Source: Candidatus Latescibacterota bacterium
GTDB lineage: Bacteria; Latescibacterota; UBA2968; GCA-2709665
DNA length: 64,000 nt
NCBI GenBank assembly: GCA_965203805.1
Contig: OZ241917.1
Span: 2,080,001-2,144,000 of the forward strand
Direction: 5' to 3'
Part shown: positions 46,772 through 58,015 of the stretch, piece by piece
Layout of the letters: every line of letters begins with the position of its first letter
Numbering within the stretch: the first letter of the stretch is position 1
The notes under the pieces: model-generated
What the model was told of the DNA's origin: nothing
The model's database searches: none
The model's input: only the letters and a program-made list of their open reading frames with translations
Made by a program: the position numbers and the translations under genes

Positions 46772-48826
46772 GTGGTTTTGGCAATCGATCCCAAGGATCC
46801 CAGAGAAGAGCAGGAACAGTACGAACATATCATGCCGGCGGACGCGCCGTTTGAAGATGGCTTCAATATGAAGACCCTGTGGGCGACGCTGTTCGTGGGG
46901 CTGGTGATGCTGCCCGGCGCGATCTACCTCGGGTTGGTTACCGGACAGAATATGGCCGGCGCATCCGAATGGGTGACCATCATCCTCTTCCTGGAGATCG
47001 CAAAGCGGTCCTTTGTGCGGCTGAAAACACAGGAGGTTCTGGTCATCTACTGGGTCGCCGGCGGGCTGCTTGGCGTGGGTGTGCGGCTGGGCAGTGCGGC
47101 GCTGGTGTACGGCGGTCCCTTCGGCGGATTGATCTGGGACCAATACCTGATCCAATCTCCGGCGGCGAGAGGGCTCGCGGATTATATCCCGGACTGGGTG
47201 GTTCCCCGGATCAGCGAACATCCGGAAATCTACGCGGAACGGACGTTCCTTCACGCCGCGTGGCTGAAGCCCATTGGCATCCTTGTCGCGTTGACGCTCT
47301 TAAGCAATACCGCAAGACTGTCGCTTGGGTACGTGATGTTTCGTATTACGAGCGACATCGAACGGTTGCCGTTTCCGCTGGCGCCGGTACAAGCCCGCGG
47401 GGCCACGGCGCTTGCCGAGACATCGGCCAAGCAGGAGGGCTGGAGATGGCGGGTATTCAGTACCGGCGCGTGCATCGGACTGGTCTGGGGCCTGCTCTAC
47501 GTTGTCGTCCCAACGCTTTCCAGCATCTTCCTGACCGATACGGTCCAGATTCTGCCCATTCCCTGGATCGATTTTACGGAACAGATCAAAACCATCCTGC
47601 CTGCCGCGCTGTTTGGAATTGCAACCGACCTGGGACACCTGATTGTCGGATTCGTGCTGCCGTTCTGGGTGGTTATCGGGTCGTTTGCCGGCGCCGTCCT
47701 GGGCAACCTGGTTGTCAATCCGTTTCTCTACAAATACGAAATCCTGGACCGCTGGTCTGCCGGGATGACGGCAATCCCGACGTCGATCTCCAACCAGTTC
47801 GACTTCTGGCTGAGTTTCGGAATCGGCACGTCGTTCGTCATCGCGTTCACGGGATTTTACCAGGTGTTTCGGGTGCTTGCGGAACAACGCCGTCAGAAAC
47901 GGGAAACCGGACATCATACAACCGGCATCGACCTCGAAGACCTGCCGGAGGGCCGCTCGGATATGAAGATGATCTACCCGATTCTGGCCTGGGGCGCCGC
48001 CACGCTGGGCTTCATTGTGATGTGCCAGATGCTGGTTCCGGAATTCCACTGGGGCTGGGTTGTGTTCTTCGGACTCATCTACACGCCGATATCTTCTTAT
48101 ATCGGCGCACGAATGATCGGCCTGACCGGAAGTCCGTACGGGGCGAGTATTCCCTACTTGCGGGAGGCGGGGATTCTTCTGTCCGGGTACAAGGGCGTCG
48201 CGGTCTGGTTCGCGCCCCTTCCCCTGCACGACCACGGCCTTGCGGTCCCGACATACAAACAGATGGAGTTGACCAAAACGAAATTCGTCAGTTACGTGAA
48301 ATTGACCGCGGTAACCATGGTCGTGATCTTTATTTTCAGCTTCATCTTCTGGGAATTCATCTGGCGACTGGGGCCCATTCCCTCGTCAAGCTATTACTAT
48401 GTGCAGACCTTCTGGCCATACGACGCCACCATGACCACGATGTGGCTGAAGTCGACCATGCCGGACCTCGAAGGTCAGGGAACCGTTGGCGTCGAGCTCC
48501 TTAAAGACATCATCAAGCCGGAAATCATCGGCGCGGGATTCGCCGTCGGCGGCCTCATGTATCTGATCCTGGCCGCGTTGAAAGCGCCGACGCTGTTCTT
48601 TTTCGGATTTGTGGGCTCGCTTGCCACCTGGCCGCATTTCGTCATCTTGCAGTTCGCCGGCGCGCTCCTCGGGCGTTACTACTTCTCCAGACGGTTCGGC
48701 GAATCCAAATGGAGGGCCTACGCGCCGATTCTGCTGGCCGGTTATTACTGCGGCATGGGGCTCATCGGGATGACGTCGGTTTCGGTCGTGCTGATTTCAA
48801 AGGCCGTTTCCCAGGTCGTCTTCTAG
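46772..48826 (+). CDS. OPT-like polytopic peptide transporter
   Basis: Many TM segments; FEDGF...MLPGAIYL, DIERLPFPLAPV, IPWIDFT and WRAYAPILLAG; GAGGAGG RBS (start may be TTG 46778). Confidence 0.7.
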   Translation: MVLAIDPKDPREEQEQYEHIMPADAPFEDGFNMKTLWATLFVGLVMLPGAIYLGLVTGQNMAGASEWVTIILFLEIAKRSFVRLKTQEVLVIYWVAGGLLGVGVRLGSAALVYGGPFGGLIWDQYLIQSPAARGLADYIPDWVVPRISEHPEIYAERTFLHAAWLKPIGILVALTLLSNTARLSLGYVMFRITSDIERLPFPLAPVQARGATALAETSAKQEGWRWRVFSTGACIGLVWGLLYVVVPTLSSIFLTDTVQILPIPWIDFTEQIKTILPAALFGIATDLGHLIVGFVLPFWVVIGSFAGAVLGNLVVNPFLYKYEILDRWSAGMTAIPTSISNQFDFWLSFGIGTSFVIAFTGFYQVFRVLAEQRRQKRETGHHTTGIDLEDLPEGRSDMKMIYPILAWGAATLGFIVMCQMLVPEFHWGWVVFFGLIYTPISSYIGARMIGLTGSPYGASIPYLREAGILLSGYKGVAVWFAPLPLHDHGLAVPTYKQMELTKTKFVSYVKLTAVTMVVIFIFSFIFWEFIWRLGPIPSSSYYYVQTFWPYDATMTTMWLKSTMPDLEGQGTVGVELLKDIIKPEIIGAGFAVGGLMYLILAALKAPTLFFFGFVGSLATWPHFVILQFAGALLGRYYFSRRFGESKWRAYAPILLAGYYCGMGLIGMTSVSVVLISKAVSQVVF

Positions 48827-48846
48827 CTGAATTCGACAATGGAACG

Positions 48847-48899
48847 CCGCCCGGATTCGGACTGTCTAAGGAAATTAAGAAGAGGGCGAATCCGGGCGG
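48847..48899. promoter_or_regulatory. 13-bp perfect inverted repeat in the intergenic spacer
   Basis: CCGCCCGGATTCG-27 nt-CGAATCCGGGCGG. Confidence 0.55.
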
Positions 48900-48944
48900 A
48901 ATCACGTCCGGCCGACACGGAACTCCAATCACGGGGAGGCTTCG

Positions 48945-49415
48945 ATGAGAATCGGTAATGGGATCGCGGGAATGACGCTCATTGCCTGTTTGGTATTGGC
49001 GTTTGCCGTGGAGGCGACGGCGCAGCCCGACAGACGAGGCGGTCGTGGACGCGGAGGGCGCGGCGGCGCAAGGCTACGAATGATGCTGCCCCTCGAACAG
49101 ACGCTGGGTTTCCTGGCCTTCGACAAAGGGCTCGCATTAAAGGACAATCAGCTGATCAAGATCCGCAGTGAACTCAAGGATATCCACGAAAAGCGCGCCG
49201 AACTGGAAAAGGAAATGCGGAGCGGCGCCGACAGGCAGCAACTGATGCAGAAGCTCGGTGGGATTCGGGGCGCCATGTTTGAAAAGATAAAGGCCGTTCT
49301 GGACGATCGGCAGGACAAGATTCTTGACCGCTACCTGGAGAGACTGCGGCGGGGGCTTCAACGTGGACGCGGGGGCGGACGGCGGGGAGGCGGCCCTCCC
49401 GGCGGCGGCGTTTGA
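48945..49415 (+). CDS. Secreted helical protein with RGG-rich termini (Spy/CpxP-like)
   Basis: Signal peptide ending ATA-Q; LALKDNQ...AVLDDRQ repeats resemble LTxxQ motifs; RGG tracts at both ends. Confidence 0.6.
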   Translation: MRIGNGIAGMTLIACLVLAFAVEATAQPDRRGGRGRGGRGGARLRMMLPLEQTLGFLAFDKGLALKDNQLIKIRSELKDIHEKRAELEKEMRSGADRQQLMQKLGGIRGAMFEKIKAVLDDRQDKILDRYLERLRRGLQRGRGGGRRGGGPPGGGV

Positions 49416-49444
49416 CGCGATCATTCCCCGCCAGGATCGATCAC

Positions 49445-49475
49445 ATGGCGGCCCCCGGCGGGGTCGCCATTTTTT
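49445..49475 (+). terminator. Rho-independent terminator
   Basis: ATGGCGGCCCC-cggc-GGGGTCGCCAT then TTTTT. Confidence 0.75.
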
Positions 49476-49612
49476 GACAGATTGCAGGATCCATTCATGC
49501 GCGGCCGTTCTGATTCAAGAGACGGTCGGAATACGCCGTTGCCGCCAATTGTGCCCCGGACGATTACTCACGAACCATCTCAAGTAGTTGCGGCCTCGAG
49601 GAGAGCATTCAG

Positions 49613-50998
49613 ATGAATCTCCAGGCGGTCGGGGAACGGCTCGACAAACCGTTCACGTTTGCCGTTGTGGGCGACACTCATTTTCTGCATCCGAAGTTCG
49701 GCCGGCAGGCCGAAGGGTCCGGCGTTTCGTTTCGCCCGTTGCAGGTTGACCAGTATCTCGAAAGCGTCCAATACGTCCTGATGCCGATGATGGCTTCTCT
49801 GAAGGAAGCGTCTCCGGCCTTTCTTGTGATCACCGGGGATGTGGTGGAGGGACATCAGGACGTCGAACTCTCCATCGACGAGATTAAGGAAGGGCTGGAA
49901 TTCTTCGAGGGATACGGGATTCCGCTTCTGTTCGCGTGCGGAAACAGAGACCGCGTCGAGGCATTCGACGGCGTTGTTCGACCGTATCTTGGCCGCTGGC
50001 TGGGCAGCACGCCCCACGAGCGGTTTTTCTATATGGATATTGCCGGTTGCCGGCTGATATTCCTCGACACGCCCGCCTGGACGCGGAACGGCAAACAGCG
50101 AAAGTGGCTGGAAAGCACGTTAGGTTCGCGGGAGGATGCGGGAATCGACCGGACGTTTCTGTTCGGACACCATCCGGTCTGGCCGATGGCAAGGGCCTTT
50201 TTCACCAGTCTCGACCTCCATCTCGATATGCCGGAAATATTGCGCGAGCATCCCGTAGACGCCTTTTTCTGCGGGCATACTCACAACCAGAGCGTGTTGC
50301 TTCACCGTACGGATGGGCGACCCGTTTTGCAATGCATGTGCGCTTCCATCGGCCTTTCCAGTGAGATGCCGACGCCGCTGGATCGTGTGCAGAACCTGCT
50401 GCCCCATCCCCGGGACGTGCTTGGCTGTTGGCCGGGGTATCTCGAGAATACGGCGCCTGGATGGTTTATTGTCCGCGTCCGCGAAACATCCGTCGAAGCC
50501 GAATGGCATCACCTGAACCGGGGAGTTGAAACCCGACTCGCCTGGCATCGACCCGGGGATCTTTCGACATTCGAGAAAATGGAACACCCACCCGATGCGC
50601 GTCTGATTTACGATGACCTGAACCATATCCGGCGCGTTTCCCTGCGATTCTGCGGATGGCATGCCTTGCGCGAGGACAAGCAGGTTTTCCTCAATGGCGA
50701 ACCGATCGGCCGCCTGCCTCCCGCAAACGACTATGCGCCGATCCGGATGGAGTTGCCGGCCGGATGTATTGAACATCTTCGCATGGAGAATCGGATCGAG
50801 ATCCAGGTTGCCCGGAGCGATGCAAGTACTCTAGGGAATTTCGCGCTCGAAGCGGTCCTGCCCGGTGGACGATTCGTGAGAACCCGGCCCATCGGTGAAA
50901 TATTCACCTGGTCCGACCGGTGGGGCGCGTGGAACTCGAACTGGCTGCAGAAAATGAAACCCGGACGGACGGCCACGACACTGCTGTGCTTTCAGTGA
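49613..50998 (+). CDS. Calcineurin-like metallophosphoesterase with C-terminal beta-domain
   Basis: GDTH, TGDVV, GNRD, GHHP and GHTH motifs. Confidence 0.8.
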   Translation: MNLQAVGERLDKPFTFAVVGDTHFLHPKFGRQAEGSGVSFRPLQVDQYLESVQYVLMPMMASLKEASPAFLVITGDVVEGHQDVELSIDEIKEGLEFFEGYGIPLLFACGNRDRVEAFDGVVRPYLGRWLGSTPHERFFYMDIAGCRLIFLDTPAWTRNGKQRKWLESTLGSREDAGIDRTFLFGHHPVWPMARAFFTSLDLHLDMPEILREHPVDAFFCGHTHNQSVLLHRTDGRPVLQCMCASIGLSSEMPTPLDRVQNLLPHPRDVLGCWPGYLENTAPGWFIVRVRETSVEAEWHHLNRGVETRLAWHRPGDLSTFEKMEHPPDARLIYDDLNHIRRVSLRFCGWHALREDKQVFLNGEPIGRLPPANDYAPIRMELPAGCIEHLRMENRIEIQVARSDASTLGNFALEAVLPGGRFVRTRPIGEIFTWSDRWGAWNSNWLQKMKPGRTATTLLCFQ

Positions 50999-51205
50999 AT
51001 CCGCTTGGATCCCGCCTGCGCCGGAAACTGAAGCGTCGAACGACAGCCTCAGCCTACGGCGGAATCGAACCTCCGCCGTCAGTAGCCGTAACAATCGCCC
51101 GCTGAGACCCACACAGCCGCTGCGGACACAGCCTGTGCCGATTCCCGGTCAGTCTCACCCGGGCATGCACTCGGCGCCCTCAATACCAGGACATCGGAAG
51201 TTGCC

Positions 51206-53284
<2,079 letters not shown>

Positions 53285-53332
53285 GAAACGCGATGGCGCC
53301 AACCGCGGACACTAAAGCCCCGACAGGAGGTT

Positions 53333-53881
53333 GTGATGGCATCGGTACTGGTGGTAGGAGATGGTCCTGGCGGCCTGAGTGCGGCCCTGTTTCTGGCCAA
53401 AAACGGCATGGACGTCACGGTGTTCGGGCAGGACACGACGCCCATGCATAAGGCCATGCTCTACAATTACCTGGGCATTCCGGCGTTGACCGGGAGCGAA
53501 TTTCAACGCGTCACACGGGATCAGGTGAAAGCACAGGGGGCTCGCATCGAAGATGTGCAGGTCTCCGGCATCGAAAAATCCGGAAACGGATTCACGCTGA
53601 CCACCGGGGGCGGGGCTACCCACGAAGGGGACTATCTGATCCTGGCGGCGGGAACCAACGTGAAACTGGGCGTGAGTATGGGTCTGGAGAGAGGACCGGA
53701 CGGGCTGGTATGCGACCGGGACGGGCGCACGGCGGTTGAAGGCCTGTACGTCGTGGGATGGAGTACGCGTCTGCGGAAGACACAGGCGATCATTTCCGCC
53801 GGCCAGGGAGCCTCCGCCGCGCTCGACATTCTATCGGCCGAAGCGGGAGAAGACGTACACGATTTCGACGTGGTATCGTGA
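53333..53881 (+). CDS. Small FAD-dependent oxidoreductase (thioredoxin-reductase-like, single domain)
   Basis: VGDGPGGLSAA, LYNYLG and QAIISAGQG. Confidence 0.8.
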   Translation: MMASVLVVGDGPGGLSAALFLAKNGMDVTVFGQDTTPMHKAMLYNYLGIPALTGSEFQRVTRDQVKAQGARIEDVQVSGIEKSGNGFTLTTGGGATHEGDYLILAAGTNVKLGVSMGLERGPDGLVCDRDGRTAVEGLYVVGWSTRLRKTQAIISAGQGASAALDILSAEAGEDVHDFDVVS

Positions 53882-53991
53882 CGCCACCGGGAAGCGCCCG
53901 TTGCGCGATTCGGACGCGTCGAAACCTCGGCGGCGCGCCGGCCGGCGGTCTGAACGTCACTCGCGTTGGACGGGCGTCTGCCTCCGATGGG

Positions 53992-54561
53992 TCAAAAGTA
54001 CCTGGGCGACTTGCGGGGTGCGGCCGGCCGGGGAGGCGCGTCCTTTTCCGGAACGCCGTGGCTGTCAATGATGCCGCGTACCACGTGGACCGGAAGGCCC
54101 ATCCGGACGGCCAATGCCATCGAATCACTCGGACGCGCGTCCATTTTGAACGTCGTTCCATCCGGACTCTGCAGGGTAAGAACGGCAAAGTAAGTACTCC
54201 TCAGCCCCCCTTCTTCCAGCGGGCGAAGTTCATCGATCACGATGGACCGAAGACGGACTCCGGCCTCCTTCATAACATTGTGAAACAGGTCGTGGGTGAA
54301 CGGACGTGGAAACGTCTCGTCGTTCAGCTTGCGCCAGATTGCCATCGCTTCGCATGGGCCGATCCAGATGGGCAGAAGTCTGCCGGTCTCGCTGTCTCGC
54401 AAAAAGACGACATACTGATCGTCCGAATCCCGCCCGACCTGATGGACCTCGGCTTTGATCAGGTCCTTTGCCCCTGGATCCGCGGGCGGCGCGAGGACGG
54501 GGCTCGGACACATCCAGAATGCGCAGAGAAACAACACCGAAATTCGGCATCTATGGTGCAT
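53992..54561 (-). CDS. Bifunctional nuclease (DUF151) family protein with a signal-peptide-like N-terminus
   Basis: LLPIWIGPCEA, PRPFTHDL and DARPSDSMALA. Confidence 0.85.
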   Translation of the reverse strand: MHHRCRISVLFLCAFWMCPSPVLAPPADPGAKDLIKAEVHQVGRDSDDQYVVFLRDSETGRLLPIWIGPCEAMAIWRKLNDETFPRPFTHDLFHNVMKEAGVRLRSIVIDELRPLEEGGLRSTYFAVLTLQSPDGTTFKMDARPSDSMALAVRMGLPVHVVRGIIDSHGVPEKDAPPRPAAPRKSPRYF

Positions 54562-54687
54562 CTTGATTCCTTTCAGTGCGTGAGAGACCGGTGCTGGTCC
54601 GCATGAATTCTGTGGCTTTGCCGAATATACGCCGGCGCTTTTCCGGTAGCAATTCGAAAATTCCGTCGTGGCGGCGAGGTTCGCCGG

Positions 54688-54716
54688 TTGACAAGCACTA
54701 TCCAATATGCTATCTT
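54688..54716 (+). promoter_or_regulatory. Sigma70-type promoter of the yicC-gmk-rpoZ operon
   Basis: TTGACA-17 nt-TATCTT with an extended TG. Confidence 0.75.
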
Positions 54717-54768
54717 TATAAGTTTCAGAATTTTACACCCTCTGTGCGTCGCAGAGACGGGAGAATGC

Positions 54769-55647
54769 ATGGTCGTCAGCATGACGGGTTTCGGGAGGGG
54801 TGAAGCCGAAACCAACGGATTTCGCGCCACGGTCGAGGTAAAATCGGTCAACGGACGTTACGGCGAGGTTTCCGTCCATCTGCCCAGGCAACTGTCTGCC
54901 CTGGAATCCCGGATCAAGGACCTGGTGCTTAAGGTTCTTTCACGCGGCCACATTCGCGTCTCGCTGAACCTGGACGGCGACGCGCTCGAACAGGGTATTC
55001 CGGTTCTGAACGAGCGCGTATTCGAAGGGTACCGGAACGGGCTCGTTCGGCTTCAAACGCGCCTGGGGCTTTCGGATGTGCCCGATCCCATGCAGGTCGC
55101 GCTGATGCCGAATGTATTTGATATCGAATCCAGGGCGCCGGATCTGGACGCCGTCTGGAAGGCGGTCGCGTCGGCCTGCGATCAGGCCGTAGCCCAATGT
55201 CAGTCGATGCGAACCAGAGAGGGAGCGCGGCTGGCGGAAGACTTCATGCGGCGGGTTCAACACCTCGAGGATTTGATCGCGCAGATCCGGAAGCAGGCGC
55301 CTCAACAGGTCGAGTCCGCCCGAAGACGGCTCGATGAAAAACTCCGGGAACTGATCGCCCCGGAACAGATCGACCGGAACCGTCTGATTACGGAAATTGC
55401 CGTGCTTGCGGAACGCATGGACATTACCGAGGAAACGGTCCGTTTCCACAGCCACAACGAACAGTTTCTGAAAACCCTCGACCGCGACGAGCCGATCGGC
55501 AGGCGTCTGAATTTTCTACTCCAGGAGATGCACCGGGAAGCGAATACGATCGGTTCCAAAGCGGGCGACGTGGAAATCGCGCATCTGGTGGTCGACGTCA
55601 AGGAAGAAATCGAGAAGCTCAAGGAGCAGGTACAGAATATAGAATAA
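54769..55647 (+). CDS. yicC: YicC/YloC family endoribonuclease
   Basis: SMTGFG, KSVNGR, GRRLNFLLQEMHREANTIGSK and EQVQNIE. Confidence 0.93.
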   Translation: MVVSMTGFGRGEAETNGFRATVEVKSVNGRYGEVSVHLPRQLSALESRIKDLVLKVLSRGHIRVSLNLDGDALEQGIPVLNERVFEGYRNGLVRLQTRLGLSDVPDPMQVALMPNVFDIESRAPDLDAVWKAVASACDQAVAQCQSMRTREGARLAEDFMRRVQHLEDLIAQIRKQAPQQVESARRRLDEKLRELIAPEQIDRNRLITEIAVLAERMDITEETVRFHSHNEQFLKTLDRDEPIGRRLNFLLQEMHREANTIGSKAGDVEIAHLVVDVKEEIEKLKEQVQNIE

Positions 55648-55831
55648 CAGTCCGTTGAAAAAGTCGCTCTGCAGGCGAGGCCGAGACATTGTGGCCGAAG
55701 ACAAGGCGTGCGACCGACGCGAATCCCTGGATTCGGGGAGGGAGCGCAACGCCGTATTTCGGTCACAAGGGCCGGACGCAGACCGGATGGACTTTATCAA
55801 CGGGCTGATTTCGGCGGGACCGGTTTCGCAT

Positions 55832-56497
55832 ATGGAAGAATCGCGTGGAATTGATTCCCTTCAGGACCGACTCGACTGCAATCCGGGTTCGTTCGCCGTG
55901 GTGCTTTCAGGTCCTGCCGGGGCGGGCAAAACGTCAGTCGCCCAGGGACTCCTCGCGCGCGACGCCTCCCTCCGGAGATGCGTGACCACGACCACCCGCG
56001 CGAAGCGTCCCGACGAGACGGACGGCGTCGACTACTATTTCGTTTCGGAAGCGGCGTTTCGTTCCGGCATGAAACAGGGGTGTTTTCTGGAATGGGCGGA
56101 GGTCTATGGCTGTTTCTATGGGGCGACCTTCGAGGCGGCCGCGAGCGCAATCGGAAACGGCGGGGTATCGCTGCTCGTGGTAGACGTACAGGGCGCGGCG
56201 GCGTGGAAGCGCGTGCTCAATGAACGTTGCGTAAGCGTGTTCGTGCTGCCTCAGTCGGCCAGCGTGCTGGAAGCGCGACTGCGAGGACGGCAGTCGGAAG
56301 GGGCCGGGGCCCTGGACCGGAGGCTGAAAAACGCACGAACGGAACTCGCCAGAGCCAGGGAATTTGATTATCTCGTCGTCAATACAGATCTGGACCGCGC
56401 CATCGCCGATGTTGAGGGAATGATTCGCGCCGAACGTCGCAGGCCTCGCCGAACACCCGATCTTCTCGCCGAATTCGAGCGGGGGATCGGGCCCTGA
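55832..56497 (+). CDS. gmk: Guanylate kinase (start uncertain)
   Basis: SGPAGAGKT, TTRAKRPDETDGVDYYF, EWAEVYG and DVQGA; conserved position after yicC. Confidence 0.9.
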   Translation: MEESRGIDSLQDRLDCNPGSFAVVLSGPAGAGKTSVAQGLLARDASLRRCVTTTTRAKRPDETDGVDYYFVSEAAFRSGMKQGCFLEWAEVYGCFYGATFEAAASAIGNGGVSLLVVDVQGAAAWKRVLNERCVSVFVLPQSASVLEARLRGRQSEGAGALDRRLKNARTELARAREFDYLVVNTDLDRAIADVEGMIRAERRRPRRTPDLLAEFERGIGP

Positions 56498-56595
56498 CGC
56501 CGAGTCAGAAGAGGCAGCCATAACATTGTGAATATAAGGAATCTCAATCTACCCGAAGACGGTTGCGGCACGCAAAAATGGAGGATGGTCCACCC

Positions 56596-56856
56596 ATGTC
56601 ACGGATTTTCTTTCTGGAAGAGATCAGCAACGACGAGATGAACCCGTACGAGGCGGTCAGCGCCGCATCGAGGGAGTCCCGTCGGATTAATCAGGCCCGG
56701 ATGGCCAGGGACGTCTCGGGAGAGGTGGAAAAACCCACAACGCTGTCGCTCGACCGCCTTTCGACGGGCAAAGTGCAGGTTTCGTACGAAGGCGACGCGG
56801 AGATGGAAGCGGAACATGGCAATGCCGGCGAAGATGAGGATCCTTCTGGGAATTAG
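56596..56856 (+). CDS. rpoZ: RNA polymerase omega subunit
   Basis: NPYEAV...SRESRRIN...KPTT and its position between gmk and coaBC. Confidence 0.75.
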   Translation: MSRIFFLEEISNDEMNPYEAVSAASRESRRINQARMARDVSGEVEKPTTLSLDRLSTGKVQVSYEGDAEMEAEHGNAGEDEDPSGN

Positions 56857-58015
56857 CGGCGGGATTGCCGCCTACAAGGGTGTTGACGTGCTTCGCGGCC
56901 TGCAGCGCGAGGGCGCCGAAGTGCGGGTGGTTATGACCGCCGCCGCACAGAAGTTCATTCAGCCGATCACGTTTGAAGTACTTTCCGGCCACCGCGTCTA
57001 TACCCGTCTTTTTCCTGAGACGGGTGATCCTGACGTTATCCACGTCACACTGGGCGGGTGGCCGGACCTGATCCTGATTGCGCCCGCAACCGCCAATGTC
57101 ATCGGAAAGATGGCGAACGGGCTGGCGGACGACCTGCTCACGTGCACCGTGCTGTCAAGTGAGGCGCCGGTGATGGTTGCGCCGGCAATGGAAACGGCAA
57201 TGTACCGGCATCCTGCTTCACAGCGCAATCTTCAGCGACTTGCCGATATGGGGTATCGTCTGATCGGTCCTGAGGACGGCGTGCTTGCTTCAGGCCGCAG
57301 CGGAGTGGGACGGCTATCGGATCCTGAGCGCATTGTCTCCGAAGCCGTTTCCGCCGCAGCTGCATCCGGAGATTTTTCAGGACGCAGGATTGTGGTCACC
57401 GGCGGACGGACGGAAGAAGACATCGATCCCGTTCGCTTTATCACAAACCGGTCCACGGGAAAGATGGGGTATGCCGTAGCCCGCCGCGCCAGGCAGCGCG
57501 GTGCTGAAGTGGTACTGGTAAGCGGCCCGGGAAATCTGGATCCGCCCGCAGGCGTCGACCTGATTCGGGTAAGAACGGTGTCTGAAATGCGCACGGCGAC
57601 GGAATCGGCGTTCGAAGGCGCGGACGCCCTGGTCATGACGGCGGCCGTACTTGATTTCAGGCCTCGCGTCGTCTCCGAGGGGAAAATCAAGAAAAGCGTC
57701 AACGGGCTGACCCTGGATCTGGTCGCGAACGAGGATTTTCTGGTGGAACTTGGGGCCCGGAAACGAGGCCGTGTGGTGGTCGGATTCGCGATGGAAACGG
57801 AAAATGGCCTGTCCAACGCACGCAAGAAACTGACGGAGAAACATCTGGATATGATTGTCTTGAACAATTTGAAGGAGGCTGGCGCCGGATTCGGCGTGGA
57901 CACGAACGTGGTCACGCTGATCGACGCGGACGGTGCGGCGGAACCGTTGCCGAAATTGGCCAAGCTCGAGGTTGCCGACCGAATTCTGGACAGGATAAGA
58001 GACCGGTGGACTTAG
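56816..58015 (+). CDS. coaBC: Phosphopantothenoylcysteine decarboxylase/ligase
   Basis: GISGGIAAYK, APATAN, PAM, DPVRFITNRSTGKMG and VGFAME. Confidence 0.95.
   Translation: MAMPAKMRILLGISGGIAAYKGVDVLRGLQREGAEVRVVMTAAAQKFIQPITFEVLSGHRVYTRLFPETGDPDVIHVTLGGWPDLILIAPATANVIGKMANGLADDLLTCTVLSSEAPVMVAPAMETAMYRHPASQRNLQRLADMGYRLIGPEDGVLASGRSGVGRLSDPERIVSEAVSAAAASGDFSGRRIVVTGGRTEEDIDPVRFITNRSTGKMGYAVARRARQRGAEVVLVSGPGNLDPPAGVDLIRVRTVSEMRTATESAFEGADALVMTAAVLDFRPRVVSEGKIKKSVNGLTLDLVANEDFLVELGARKRGRVVVGFAMETENGLSNARKKLTEKHLDMIVLNNLKEAGAGFGVDTNVVTLIDADGAAEPLPKLAKLEVADRILDRIRDRWT

Noticed and set aside
51056-51079. tRNA T-loop-like GGTTCGATTCC on the minus strand
   Set aside because: It forms a simple ACGGCGGA/TCCGCCGT hairpin; no acceptor, D or anticodon arms can be built.
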